From: Methanobacteriota archaeon
Lineage (GTDB): Archaea > Halobacteriota > Bog-38 > Methanoflorentales > Methanoflorentaceae
Reading direction: 5' to 3'
NCBI GenBank assembly: GCA_963720465.1
Contig: OY970393.1
Coordinates: 1,568,001 to 1,632,000, forward strand
Length of the DNA stretch: 64,000 nucleotides
Shown: piece by piece, positions 29,025 through 39,687 of the stretch
How the letters are laid out: the number at the start of each line of letters is the position of its first letter
Position numbering within the stretch: the stretch's first letter is position 1
Position numbers and translations under genes: made by a program
The notes under the pieces: model-generated
Databases searched by the model: none
What the model was told of the DNA's origin: nothing
The model's input: the letters and a program-made list of their open reading frames with translations, nothing else

Positions 29025-29108
29025 GCCGCCAGTGCGTCACGTTAAAAAACTCACTCTTTGATCCGTCTTTACTGGCTTACCGGTGCTAAGTCTCTTTCGT
29101 GAAGCCAT

Positions 29109-30041
29109 CTAACCGACTAACGCGTTTAGAAAATCTCTCTCAGTTACAATACCTGAGAGCGCCCCATCGACCACAACCGGCAACACACTTACATCGCGCG
29201 CTATCATCAGGTCTGCAGCTTCACCCAAATCCAGATCGGGATCGACAGTAATCGGCGGTTCTCGTGCCACGATCTTAATGGGGACTCCCAAAGCTTCGTG
29301 CATGTTGCCTGTCACAAGCTTGTCAAAAACCTCGCCGCCTCCAAGATAGTTCACTATGTCTGAGGTCGTTACGATGCCGATCATAACTCCCTCGTGAACA
29401 ACTGGTACCCGACGAAAGTCGTTTGAAACCATCACTCGTGCAGCCTCTTCAACCGTGGTATCTGGTTTGACGCTTACGACGTCGCGGCTCATGAAATCGG
29501 CGACTTTCTTTCCCGTTATGACATTAGCCACAAGGTCGACGAAATCACGCTCGGACACAATTCCTATAACCTTGCTATCGTCACTGACGATCGGGAAGCC
29601 ACCCACGTTTCCCTGCAACATCATCTTGATGGCATCGTCGATCGAATCCTCCTCACGGAGCGTGATAACATCTTCTTCCATTATTGAACTGATTTCTTCG
29701 TTTATCGCCGATAGAAAGTTCCCTTTATGCTTGTTCTCGATGATCTGAGCCTTATCGCCCCCGCCGAGAAAATTCACTACGTCCATTACGGTGACGATCC
29801 CGACAAGCCTGTTTGTTCCAGGATCGGTCACAGGCAGCCGCCTAACACGATATTTAACCATCGTTTTGACTGCTCCCATAATAGTCATTGTGGGGGGTAT
29901 TTGGACGACATCGCGCGTTGCGACCATCATGATGTCGCCCTCGTGCTGCGACAGCTTGCTTTTGAAGCCTAGACTCCCTCTGTCCGATTTGCCGCTGAAG
30001 TCATCTTGAGGTCTCTTCTGCCGTTTATTCTCGCGTAGCAT
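29109..30041 (-). CDS. CBS-domain protein (4 CBS)
   Basis: RRLPV...LVGIVT, GGFPIV...GIVSERD, RRVPVV...GIVTTSD, LPVV...GIVTERD; ATG 30041 after GGAAGG. Confidence 0.92.
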   Translation of the reverse strand: MLRENKRQKRPQDDFSGKSDRGSLGFKSKLSQHEGDIMMVATRDVVQIPPTMTIMGAVKTMVKYRVRRLPVTDPGTNRLVGIVTVMDVVNFLGGGDKAQIIENKHKGNFLSAINEEISSIMEEDVITLREEDSIDDAIKMMLQGNVGGFPIVSDDSKVIGIVSERDFVDLVANVITGKKVADFMSRDVVSVKPDTTVEEAARVMVSNDFRRVPVVHEGVMIGIVTTSDIVNYLGGGEVFDKLVTGNMHEALGVPIKIVAREPPITVDPDLDLGEAADLMIARDVSVLPVVVDGALSGIVTERDFLNALVG

Positions 30042-30061
30042 TGTAACCTTCCGTCGTTGTG

Positions 30062-30817
30062 TCAAATTATGGCTCGTACGAGGTCTTGCCGGTCTACTAT
30101 CCCGATCAGCTTGGAGTCTTCGATCACCGGCAATCGTCCGATTGCGTATTGTTTCATCAGATTCGCCGCTTCCCAGAGTGACGAATCTGACAGGACGGTA
30201 ATGACAGGAGTTTTCATAACCTTCTCGACGGCCGCCGAATGAATCCCTTTGCCTCCCCGCTCGTCCTCGCGCTCGAGTCGCACATAGCCTGCTTTGAGAA
30301 TATCTTGAAGCGTGACGATACCGATGAGGTGCGTCTTCTTCACCACAGGGTAGCCTGAAAACCCGTATTGCGCCATGTTGAGCCACACTCTCGATACGAG
30401 ATCCGTCGGACTACAGGTCTGAACGGTTTCTGTCATCACTGAGTCGATCGTGATTTTTCTGTCAAAACTCAGAGCGTTCATCAGTGCTTCAGAGTCAATC
30501 ACTCCAATGATCGTGTGATCTTCTTTCGATTTGACCACAGGAATGTCGAATCCGGTCGTCGCAAATATTTTTGCTATCTCGATCGGGAGAGAGTCAGAAG
30601 TAGCGAGGCCAGTCTCGCGGACGAAACCGATTACCGTGACGTCTGATTTCGTCGAAGTCACCTTGATGATGTCTGGCAGTATTACCATACCCTTCACGCG
30701 GCTTTGGTCATCGACAACCGCAAGGCTTCGGTAGCCGTCTCGCATGAGCTGACGGACGTGAGTCACGTAGGCGTCTTCATGTACAGTCACGGGTGGTGAC
30801 ATTAGGTTGAGCGTCAT
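30062..30817 (-). CDS. CBS-domain protein (4 CBS)
   Basis: SGYPVV...GIVTLQD and GRLPVI...GIVDRQD; overlaps the upstream CBS gene. Confidence 0.9.
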   Translation of the reverse strand: MTLNLMSPPVTVHEDAYVTHVRQLMRDGYRSLAVVDDQSRVKGMVILPDIIKVTSTKSDVTVIGFVRETGLATSDSLPIEIAKIFATTGFDIPVVKSKEDHTIIGVIDSEALMNALSFDRKITIDSVMTETVQTCSPTDLVSRVWLNMAQYGFSGYPVVKKTHLIGIVTLQDILKAGYVRLEREDERGGKGIHSAAVEKVMKTPVITVLSDSSLWEAANLMKQYAIGRLPVIEDSKLIGIVDRQDLVRAII

Positions 30818-31458
30818 CGAACGCTCTCCTTACACGATTCGCATATGATGCTGCCGTCTGCATATTCGAGCACGTAAGAAAACTCTCCGCAGATCTCGCA
30901 GACGCCGGACGATGTAGAGCCTCGGCACCTCGGACATTTGAGGCGCCCTCCCTCTTGCTGCAGATCGTCTGAGTACTCTTCACACTCCTCACACTCCCCT
31001 TGCGTCATGACGACTTCCCGGCGGTCGAGAACACTCTCCCTGTTCATCTCTATCAAGTTGTCGAGAATTTGGTTGACTTCAGAGGAGACTTGGATAACGT
31101 CTGCGTCGGTAATGATTCCGACTAGTTCATCTCCGTCGAGTACCGGAAGACGTCGGATTTTTTTCTGGGCCATCATAAGCACTGCGTCGTGCACGTCGTC
31201 GCTGCTTTTCGTTGTGATAAGGGGTTTCGACATGAGCTGGTCGAGCTTGATAGAGCTTGGCTTAATGTTCTTAAAGATAACTTTCGCAACCATGTCGCTT
31301 TCCGTGACGATGCCGACTGGCTTTTCATCCTTGACGATTATAATGCTCCCGACCCTTTTTTCGACCATCTTTTTTCCGGCTTGCGCTGCCGTCATCTCGG
31401 GAGTTGCCGTCACAACAGTCCTCGTCATAACGTCTCGAACCGCCAACCGTGTTTCCAT
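30814..31458 (-). CDS. CBS-pair protein with two C-terminal Zn ribbons
   Basis: VRDVMTR, GIVTESD, IRRLPV; then GECEEC...CPRC and GVCEIC...CESC. Confidence 0.92.
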   Translation of the reverse strand: METRLAVRDVMTRTVVTATPEMTAAQAGKKMVEKRVGSIIIVKDEKPVGIVTESDMVAKVIFKNIKPSSIKLDQLMSKPLITTKSSDDVHDAVLMMAQKKIRRLPVLDGDELVGIITDADVIQVSSEVNQILDNLIEMNRESVLDRREVVMTQGECEECEEYSDDLQQEGGRLKCPRCRGSTSSGVCEICGEFSYVLEYADGSIICESCKESVR

Positions 31459-32312
31459 GAGATTCGCCTCTTTCGCGTGCGCCCACTACTGGTCTAGCTG
31501 AGCATCCTATCGTTTATCTTCACAATCAACGGTAAAATGGCTCACTAGTCACGTAATAGAATGTTGACCATGCGTATATTCTAACATCCACATATTTTAA
31601 AGCTTAGATTATTGCTTCTAGTGATATATCTTCTGGTAACCGGCGGCCACCAGATATCCTATAAATGACCACGCTTGAACCACAGCTTTGAGTGTTATGT
31701 ATGGTTTTGCCTCCTCAAGTTGCGTTGACTAGTAGCAACGTTTTGACAAACTTTTGGAGCAAAATGTTGATGTTTGGCTAGTGGGGTTATGGCGCTCCGG
31801 GGTTGCACGTAATATGCGTCAGAACCCTCTAATGTCACGATGCGCCGCAAACTTCCTGATACGGTTTATGACATTTATATGACATATTGGGGAGGCGTGA
31901 GCTTAATAATCTGAGCAAGGCGCGCTTGCGATTTGTCAATCACGCAGTGGCGGCGTTCGCGTTGGTCCTCGCGGTCGCCTCGCCCTTGTGCGCAAAGAAC
32001 GTCCTGCTCGCGTCCTAAAACGAACGTTGCGCCGGCAAATAACGACGCTCAGGCATGGCCTGGTAACGCAGAACGTCAATCTGCAACGCGGCGCGGACGG
32101 CGGTAATATTCACAATAGGGGACGCGCTCATTATCGCTGCGAAGCTTACAGCTGACGAATTTAACGCACCTATGGCAGTCCTTCATTAACGGTTATCTAG
32201 CTCCTTCACATTCGTTACCTATGTCCGAAAAATCGAATGATAGCCACGATTGCTGATAGCGAGATAACGCCATAAAAGCGAGGTTATAGCATCGCTTGAA
32301 AAAGAGGAGAGG

Positions 32313-33539
32313 TTAGCTCCTCCTCTTCACTACGTAAGCGGCGATTACGAGTCCGACGAGAGCGAGCATGACGTCGAAGCCGGGCGTCGCACTCTGACTT
32401 GTGGCCGCAGCTGCGTTGCCGATGGCATAGACGCTGCCGTCAACGCTCCCCACATACACGACGCCGATTACCACGGCAGGGGAGGAGAACACCCCACTCC
32501 CGGTCGTGAAGCTCCACAGCTTCGCTCCGGTCGTGGCGTTGAGGGCGTATGTGTTGTTGTCATAGCTCCCCACGTACACCGTGCCGTTTACCACGGCAGG
32601 GGAGGAGAACACCCCACTCCCGGTCGTGAAGCTCCACAGCTTCGCTCCGGTCGTGGCGTTGAGGGCGTAGACGTTGGTGTCATTGCTCCCGACGTAGACG
32701 ACGCCGTTTACGACGGCGGGGGAGGAGAACACGTGGCCTCCGGTTGCGTAGTTCCACACTTTCACCCCGGTGGTAGCGTTGAGGGCGTACGTGTTATTAT
32801 CTGCACTCCCCACGTAGACCACCCCGTTGGCGACGGCGGGAGAGGACTGAACCGGGTCTCCCGTCGTGTAGTTCCACAGTTTGGTGCCGTTGTTTGCATA
32901 GATCGCGTAAGTGTTGTTGTCATCGCTCCCCACATACACGACGCCGTTGACGACAGCGGGGGAGGAGTCCACCCCGCCACCGGTTGTGTAATTCCACACT
33001 TTCGCCCCTGTCGTGGCGTTCAGAGCGTAGGTGTTGTTATCATCGCTCCCCACGTAGACCACCCCGTTGACGACAGCGGGGGAAGAGTACACGCTGCTTC
33101 CAGTCGTAAAGCTCCACACTTTCGCCCCGCTGGTGGCGTTCAGAGCGTAGGTGTTGTTATCATCGCTCCCCACATACACGACGCCGTTGACGACAGCGGG
33201 GGAGGAGTCCACCCCGCCACCGGTTGTGTAATTCCACACTTTCGCCCCTGTCGTGGCGTTCAGAGCGTAGGTGTTGTTGTCCTCGCTTCCCACATACACG
33301 ACGCCGTTAACGACGGTAGGAGAGGAGAGGACGACGCTTCCAGTCGTGAAGCTCCACGTCAGCAGCCCTTTCGACATGTTGCTCCCCGCCAGAGGGCTGT
33401 AACCGCCGGTGTGCTGGGCGTTGTAACGAAACATCATCGTATCGCTCTGTGCTGCTGCAGGAACGGTTACAGCGCCTGTAAATACCACGGCGATGAGAAG
33501 GATGACTGTAGAAAACGAGACGATTTTGTATGCGCGCAT
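32313..33539 (-). CDS. PQQ-like beta-propeller surface protein with PGF-CTERM
   Basis: Signal peptide, MFRYNAQHTG, eight 40-aa repeats W.FTTG..V.SSPAVVNGVVYVGS.DNNTYALNA, C-terminal TPGFD + TM + KRRS. Confidence 0.92.
   Translation of the reverse strand: MRAYKIVSFSTVILLIAVVFTGAVTVPAAAQSDTMMFRYNAQHTGGYSPLAGSNMSKGLLTWSFTTGSVVLSSPTVVNGVVYVGSEDNNTYALNATTGAKVWNYTTGGGVDSSPAVVNGVVYVGSDDNNTYALNATSGAKVWSFTTGSSVYSSPAVVNGVVYVGSDDNNTYALNATTGAKVWNYTTGGGVDSSPAVVNGVVYVGSDDNNTYAIYANNGTKLWNYTTGDPVQSSPAVANGVVYVGSADNNTYALNATTGVKVWNYATGGHVFSSPAVVNGVVYVGSNDTNVYALNATTGAKLWSFTTGSGVFSSPAVVNGTVYVGSYDNNTYALNATTGAKLWSFTTGSGVFSSPAVVIGVVYVGSVDGSVYAIGNAAAATSQSATPGFDVMLALVGLVIAAYVVKRRS
32420..33360 (-). repeat. Eight tandem 120-bp coding repeats
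   Basis: 32921-33038 is identical to 33161-33278, and 32471-32549 is identical to 32591-32669. Confidence 0.95.
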
Positions 33540-34019
33540 GATTGCCTCGTAAAGCGTTCTTTGCCCGAAAAAGATGTCAAAGGATACGATAAAGGCTCTG
33601 GTCTGCAACAGACTGAGGCAGCGAAATCGAAAAAGAGAAAAGAAAAGCTAAGACGGCAGCATTTATAGAAATAGCCGGACTAACCGATTAAAAAAAATTA
33701 ACGGCCAGACTGCCACTAACGCAAGGTAGCAAATGAGCAGGCCTTCGATGGACGCTCCTAAGTGCATTGATGGCGCCGGCCTGCGCCGATAACCAACTCT
33801 GTTTAGTGCAGACGAAAAGCAGGCGCGGCTCAGTGAAGCAGCAGGACAGCGATTCGCGCGCAAGGCCGCCGCCTCTCTAATGCGTAGCTCCTGGTCGAAG
33901 CACCCGGAGATGGCGTAGCAGCTATATAGGACTTAACAGGACAGTAAATAAGTAGGGCACTCGTGTAGGCAATGCTCTCGGCACGTGACCTAACCTGAGC
34001 AAGAAGCGGAGGCTTAAAA

Positions 34020-34721
34020 ATGCCAGATGGAACGACGAAAGACGAAAAGGAAATAGAATCGCTGCTTAGTGACTTGAAACACGTGAGTCCTGATAAGAGG
34101 AAAATGGCGTGTTTAGCTCTGGGCAAAGCAAAATCCGCTCGCGCGGTGGATCTGCTAATAAGCGCGCTCAATGATAAGGAGATGATGGTGCGAGAGTGTG
34201 CAGCAGAAGCGCTCGGGGAGATAGGTGACCCAAAGGCGGTGGAGCCGCTCGCTAACGCTCTAAAGGATAAAGAGTACTACGTCCGACTCGAAGCCGCGAC
34301 GGCGCTCGGACAAATAGGCGATGCCCAAGCGTTGGAACCCCTCGTCGACGATATGAACGACGACAATCAAATTGTGCGCGAAAAAGCTGCCCAGGCAATA
34401 GGTGAGATTTGCGGACTGGGCGACGCGTGCGGCATCAACGAGGTGGAGCTCCTCCTTGAGGACCTCAAGGACCAAAGCAAGGGAGTTCGCTGGAGAGCAT
34501 CCGACGCCTTGGTGAAAATCGGTTCCGCTTCTGTAGGGCCCCTCGTTTCAATGCTGAGTGACAAAGATCCAGATATTAAGATGAGGGCGGCGAAAAGCCT
34601 CGGAGAAATAGGCGATGAGCGTGCTCTCGAGCCACTCAGAGTCCTTTTGAAGGACAAGAATCCCGATGTCAGAGATGCGGCGGGGAAGGCAATAGACCGT
34701 ATCAATAGGGGAAATGGCTGA
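34020..34721 (+). CDS. HEAT/PBS-lyase repeat protein
   Basis: Repeated VR..AAEALGEIGD..AVEPL...L.D motifs. Confidence 0.92.
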   Translation: MPDGTTKDEKEIESLLSDLKHVSPDKRKMACLALGKAKSARAVDLLISALNDKEMMVRECAAEALGEIGDPKAVEPLANALKDKEYYVRLEAATALGQIGDAQALEPLVDDMNDDNQIVREKAAQAIGEICGLGDACGINEVELLLEDLKDQSKGVRWRASDALVKIGSASVGPLVSMLSDKDPDIKMRAAKSLGEIGDERALEPLRVLLKDKNPDVRDAAGKAIDRINRGNG

Positions 34722-34832
34722 TCGTTGTGAAGTGTCGACCTAGGATCGCGCAACGTAGCGAACTCAGGAAGCCATTCGCCAAGTTGTTCAAGAAAAGCGT
34801 CGGCGGGGTTAACGGAAACTAAGCGATGAGTT

Positions 34833-35432
34833 ATGAAAGACGAACACACAGTCCAAAGCCCCGATACGAGCAGAGGTGAAAGAATCCCCCCAGGTCAGCA
34901 AAAGACCGAAGACTGGCCCGTGTTGCATTATGGCTCTATCCCGCGCGTTGACGTCTCTAAGTGGACGTTGACCATTTCGGGACTCGTGGAAACCGAGTGG
35001 AAGCTGAATTTCGAACAATTCACGTCGCTTCCGCGAGAGAAAGTGTTTTCCGACATACATTGCGTCACGGGGTGGTCGAAGCTCAACAACTATTGGGAGG
35101 GAGTAAGCACACGATCGCTCACAGATTTGGTGAAAGTACTGCCCACAGCCAAATTTGTTTTGATTCACGCAGAGAAGGGCTTCACCACGAACCTTTCAGT
35201 AAGCGACTTTTTTGAACCCGACGTGCTTTTTGCCCTCAAGCATAATGGTGAGCCCCTCACTTCGGGACACGGCTATCCCGTGCGGCTCGTGGTTCCACGC
35301 CTCTACTTCTGGAAGAGCGCCAAGTGGGTAACCGGGGTCGAGTTCATGGCTGAAGATAAGCGCGGATTCTGGGAGTCACACGGCTACCATAACCGGGGCG
35401 ATCCGTGGCTAGAGGAGCGTTATAGCTACTGA
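34833..35432 (+). CDS. Sulfite-oxidase-like molybdopterin oxidoreductase (YuiH-like)
   Basis: RIPPGQ, WPVLH, DIHCVTGWS, HGYPVRLVVPRLYFWKSAKW, GFWE..GYH.RGDPW.EER. Confidence 0.92.
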   Translation: MKDEHTVQSPDTSRGERIPPGQQKTEDWPVLHYGSIPRVDVSKWTLTISGLVETEWKLNFEQFTSLPREKVFSDIHCVTGWSKLNNYWEGVSTRSLTDLVKVLPTAKFVLIHAEKGFTTNLSVSDFFEPDVLFALKHNGEPLTSGHGYPVRLVVPRLYFWKSAKWVTGVEFMAEDKRGFWESHGYHNRGDPWLEERYSY

Positions 35433-35680
35433 GAAAATCACGGGCGCGGGTTTAGCGTAGCGCGTGAGATAACCAAAAACAGCGTGTGCTAGATGCGCAA
35501 GTCGAATGCTTTTGCCAGATAGCGGTGCCTCTGGCCCTGGGTCCGTCTGGTAAAATGGTGTCCCTTCGTGCCAGCTCTTGCAAGGAGCGGTGGAAAGACT
35601 ACGAAGGAAACGCGGTGAAATGACTGATAATCTAAGCAAACGGGAATTGACATATACTTCTTTCTTAGTAATGATAGCTG

Positions 35681-36355
35681 ATGAAAGCAGTGATTTCCGT
35701 CGGCGGGTCTGTGATTGCTCCAACATTGTCGCAGGAAAAGTTCTTAGAGTACGCTGAAGTGATCAAGGAACTCGCAAAAGAAAACACCTTGCTCATCGTG
35801 ACCGGCGGGGGCAAAGCAGCCCGGGACTATATACAGGCCGCCCGTTCGATGGGGGCGAGTGAAGCGGTGTGTGACCTTATCGGCATCGCCCTTTCGCGCG
35901 TCAATGCTCGATTATTGATCTCGGCATTATCGAGCGCGGCGTTTCAGGACATTCCACACGATTATCGAGAAGCCGAAACGGCCATGTCCTCCCGCAAAGT
36001 TGTCGTGATGGGGGGCGTTGCTCCCGGACAGACAACCGATGCTGTATCGGCGATCCTTTCTGAATACGTGCAGACGGATCTTCTTGTCATAGCAACGTCA
36101 GTTGATGGCGTTTATACGGCAGACCCGTATATTGACAAGAGTGCCGTCAAATTGGACGAAATCACACCCGCTGAGCTAGTGAAGATCGTGATGTGTGATG
36201 AGATGAAGGCTGGAGCCAAAACTGTCATCGACCCGCTTGCGGCGAAGATTATTGAACGCTCGAAAATATCGGCCGTCGTGGTCGACGGGCGTGAACCGCG
36301 AATCTTGCTTGATGTTCTCGCAGGCAAACGCGTCGGGACACGCATAGTCCACTAA
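35681..36355 (+). CDS. pyrH: UMP kinase (archaeal type)
   Basis: ISVGGS, VTGGGKAARDYI, PGQTTDAV, VDGVYTADP, DPLAAKII. Confidence 0.95.
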   Translation: MKAVISVGGSVIAPTLSQEKFLEYAEVIKELAKENTLLIVTGGGKAARDYIQAARSMGASEAVCDLIGIALSRVNARLLISALSSAAFQDIPHDYREAETAMSSRKVVVMGGVAPGQTTDAVSAILSEYVQTDLLVIATSVDGVYTADPYIDKSAVKLDEITPAELVKIVMCDEMKAGAKTVIDPLAAKIIERSKISAVVVDGREPRILLDVLAGKRVGTRIVH

Positions 36356-36657
36356 TGGGATACAAGCTTCAGAGCCTCCGCTTTGTCCATCTCTGAAATC
36401 AGAACCATAATAACGCCGCGCCGGGGTGAAGTGCGTGCTCCGATCAACCGCATCGAGCTATAGCCGAATGCACCTATTTTTGTCCTATCTGCTCTATTTC
36501 TTGCCCGATTGTGCGGCTAGCCTCGTCCTGCTCGCACTGTCGCCGAGCGTGCTACGCAGAAATACGCATCCGTGCGAAGTTCCGATGAACCGTCCACAAT
36601 CGAATCAGGCACACCTAGCCTGTTCTTTGAGTCGGTTTCAGAAGCAGACCGCTTCCT

Positions 36658-37101
36658 TCATAGGAGCACGCCGTGGTCGTCAATTTCGCCCAGGTGTATC
36701 CGGGTCGAGGATATCCGGTGTCCGTCCTGTGCAAGGACAAAATCGACACATACGATCTTTATCGGTGGAAGTCTGCGTTGTGATCTCAGGGTGTTAATCT
36801 CCTTTGCCGTACGAAACGTGTCAGGCGAGACAACGATATAGTCAAATTTCTGCTTTAGCGTTGGCCCATACGGATCGTCAAGCGTGACAATCACGGGATC
36901 AGTCGGAGTTAGCGCCTTTATGTAGGTGGTAAGTATTTTCTTGCGGGTATCGTACGTGTTGCTTAAGTGGGCTTTTCTTTGTGCCATCTCATCTGAAACA
37001 AGCCCGATGACCACGTCGCCTAGTTTGTACGCCTTTTTCAGCAGCGCCTTATGACCGTCGTGAAGTATGTCAAACGTTCCGCCAATCGCAACTGACGCCA
37101 T
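36658..37101 (-). CDS. coaD: Phosphopantetheine adenylyltransferase (archaeal type)
   Basis: GGTFDILHDGH, DPYGP, IVVSPDT, IN..R, ISSTRI..GEID. Confidence 0.92.
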   Translation of the reverse strand: MASVAIGGTFDILHDGHKALLKKAYKLGDVVIGLVSDEMAQRKAHLSNTYDTRKKILTTYIKALTPTDPVIVTLDDPYGPTLKQKFDYIVVSPDTFRTAKEINTLRSQRRLPPIKIVCVDFVLAQDGHRISSTRIHLGEIDDHGVLL

Positions 37102-37211
37102 AAACTCCTGCTTATAGTGGTGTACTATGTGATATAGCGCAATAGGTTAATCATTGGCTTTTTGAACCTAAAGACAATTCATTAGTGATATTGAGGACCT
37201 TGGAGGAACTA

Positions 37212-37703
37212 ATGAACAGAAACTTCGAAGGCGTCTTCATTGCCCCGACCGCAACGGTCATAGGAAATGTGACGATCGCTCCAGGTTCGAGCGTGTGGTT
37301 TGGCGCCGTCGTACGGAGTGACTTGGCCTCGATTCAGATAGGCCGCAATACAAGCGTGCAGGACAATGCGGTCGTACACGTACGAGAAGGGATCGAGACC
37401 AGGATTGGAGACCAAGTAACGATTGGACACGGGGCAATAGTCCACGGAGCACAAATCGAAGATACGGTGCTGATCGGAATTGGCGCCATCATACTAGACA
37501 GAGCACGAGTCGGGAAGGGCTCCATCGTCGGTGCCGGCGCCGTCGTGACAGAGGGCACGCAGATACCGCGACGCAGCCTTGTCCTGGGAGTCCCCGGAAA
37601 AGTTGTCAAGCAGGTAACCCCTGAGCAGTTTCAGTGGATAGAGGCAAATGCAAAAAGCTACACTGAACTAGCGCGGCGCTACTTGACAAGCGAACAGCAG
37701 TGA
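37212..37703 (+). CDS. Gamma carbonic anhydrase family (hexapeptide repeat) protein
   Basis: VIGNV, VWFGAVVRSD, QDNAVVH, IGHGAIVHG; GGAGG SD. Confidence 0.92.
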   Translation: MNRNFEGVFIAPTATVIGNVTIAPGSSVWFGAVVRSDLASIQIGRNTSVQDNAVVHVREGIETRIGDQVTIGHGAIVHGAQIEDTVLIGIGAIILDRARVGKGSIVGAGAVVTEGTQIPRRSLVLGVPGKVVKQVTPEQFQWIEANAKSYTELARRYLTSEQQ

Positions 37704-37740
37704 CTCAGGACGACTCGTTGTGTGCGTGCGGTCAAACCGA

Positions 37741-38559
37741 CTACATGCGGATGGGGATTCCGCGCCCCAGCAAGTACTGCTTTAATGAAGCTATGGAGAT
37801 CTCTTTAAAATGAAAAATGCTTGCGGCAAGACAAGCGTCCGCCTTGCCATCAACAAAGCCTGCGTAGATGTGCTCAGCCGTGCCGGCACCTCCGGAGGCA
37901 ATTATTGGCAGGTCGATGGACTCTGAGATCGCCTTAGTGATGGGGATATCATAGCCGTCTCGTGTGCCATCCCTATTCATGCTCGTTAGCATGATTTCAC
38001 CCGCGCCAAGACGCTCGCTCCGCATCGCCCACTCAATCGCATCGATGCCGGTTGGGGTTCTCCCGCCGTAAATCACGACCTCATACCACGCTTGAGTGCC
38101 ATCTTCGAGAGTAACGATATGCTGTCCTTTCTCTATGTTCGCATTCCGTCTGCAATCGATGGCCAAAACAACGCACTGCGAACCAACCGCATCGGCTGTG
38201 CGCGTTATAAACTGTGGATCCTTGACAGCGGCAGTGTTAATCGCTATCTTATCTGCGCCAGACCGCAACGTCTGGATGACATCATCGCGGGTCCGTACGC
38301 CGCCGCCGACGCAAAAGGGTATGAAAACCTGGTCGGCTGTTTCCTCGACGATGTCCAGCATTGTTTGTCGCTTTTCGTGTGAGGCCGTAATATCTAGGAA
38401 GATCAGTTCATCAGCGCCCTCTTGATCGTAACGCTTTGCGAGTTCTACCGGATCGCCAGCTGCTCTCAGCGAAACGAATTCAATGCCTTTCACGACGAGT
38501 GCCCGGTTGCCGTCTCCATATTTGACGTCGAGGCACGGAATAATCCGCTTTGTGAGCAT
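37741..38559 (-). CDS. hisF: Imidazole glycerol phosphate synthase cyclase subunit
   Basis: [59 protein letters not shown]. Confidence 0.97.
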   Translation of the reverse strand: MLTKRIIPCLDVKYGDGNRALVVKGIEFVSLRAAGDPVELAKRYDQEGADELIFLDITASHEKRQTMLDIVEETADQVFIPFCVGGGVRTRDDVIQTLRSGADKIAINTAAVKDPQFITRTADAVGSQCVVLAIDCRRNANIEKGQHIVTLEDGTQAWYEVVIYGGRTPTGIDAIEWAMRSERLGAGEIMLTSMNRDGTRDGYDIPITKAISESIDLPIIASGGAGTAEHIYAGFVDGKADACLAASIFHFKEISIASLKQYLLGRGIPIRM

Positions 38560-38762
38560 CAGTGTGAGGTAGTGCTGCACTTATTTAAAGCACGTTGCAT
38601 CCGTGGTCTTAGGGCAGCCCACACTGTTGATGCGGAAAGGTCGACCTCGTGCGCTGGCTTTTTTGAGCCGGCAAGGCCACAGATCGCAAAAGCTACCTAT
38701 AAATACAAACGCGTTAAGCGGAGTACTAAGTTTCGCGGCGTTTCAGGAAGTTGCCCACGAAT

Positions 38763-39452
38763 ATGAAGCAAAGCAAGGAGTTTGAACCAGATTCGAGCCC
38801 GCACGTGACAAGACTGACGCAGGCACTTGCAAAGACGATCGCCATTGACGAAAAGGACCTTATAATCTTACTATCGCTCCTTGCGAGCGCAAAGACTTCG
38901 AATGTGGAGCTGGCCGAACGTCTCGGCCTCAGCGATGGCAACGCCGCTGCCTACCATATCAAACGTCTTAGGACGCGGGCAGTTCTCGCGCGATATACGA
39001 TTCAAATCGATTGGCAGAAAATCGGTTTTCCCGCAGATTTTGTCATTCTTGCTGAATCGGATGAAAAAGCGGCGCTGCTTGCGTTGGAACGGTACCTCAT
39101 CCTTCTTCAGGACTATTACCAAAAGCACTTTGGCAACGTGCTTTTACTACCAACCTCTTCAGGATACGTACTGCTTAGGGACATAAGTCACTGTTACGGT
39201 GATAAAACGATGCTTGTAATCACCGGCAGTGGGACACGCGATCTCGATATTGCCTTCTTTCGGGAGAACTACATAACCCGAGCATTCGAGGGCATACGAA
39301 CGACGCTTATGACGACGCGATACAGAACTGTAGACAACTTCGTGATACAGAGCGATGCACTCGACACATTACGCGCCATCTTCGAGGGCACAGGCGCGTC
39401 TGAAGAAGAGATCAGTCGAATTAGAGAGCATCTTAAGTCGACTTTCGAGTAG
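38763..39452 (+). CDS. Lrp/AsnC-like winged-helix regulator with an extended C-terminal domain
   Basis: IDEKDLIIL...SNVELAERLGLS...YHIKRL...YTIQIDWQKIGF. Confidence 0.8.
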   Translation: MKQSKEFEPDSSPHVTRLTQALAKTIAIDEKDLIILLSLLASAKTSNVELAERLGLSDGNAAAYHIKRLRTRAVLARYTIQIDWQKIGFPADFVILAESDEKAALLALERYLILLQDYYQKHFGNVLLLPTSSGYVLLRDISHCYGDKTMLVITGSGTRDLDIAFFRENYITRAFEGIRTTLMTTRYRTVDNFVIQSDALDTLRAIFEGTGASEEEISRIREHLKSTFE

Positions 39453-39687
39453 TTGTGTCTGAGTCCGCGCTGTGTCGTCGAAGTGACTCGGCTGGTTCTT
39501 CTTCGATCTGATAGGCAGTTACCGGCTGTGCTCACCTCCCCTTGGACTCACAAGAGATGAAGGCTAAGTGACGAACTAACAAGAACAGCGCTTACACGTA
39601 GGCCCATCATATTGGACAGAAGCAAGGCGGCAAGCCCATATATAAAAAGATCGCAAAGAAACAAGTCGTAGCTGCTGAGGGGCCAAA

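Noticed and set aside
30042-30386. N-terminal extension of the 425-aa CBS ORF
   Set aside because: Overlaps the upstream CBS gene in another frame; the real start is ATG 30041.
31500-32300. Hidden gene or RNA in the 800-bp intergenic gap
   Set aside because: Only a short signal-peptide-like fragment ending in a stop; no stable structure or repeat that I can support.
32420-33360. CRISPR array
   Set aside because: The repeats are in-frame 120-bp coding units without unique spacers; no cas genes.
32733-33668. 311-aa plus-strand ORF
   Set aside because: Antisense shadow of the repetitive propeller gene.
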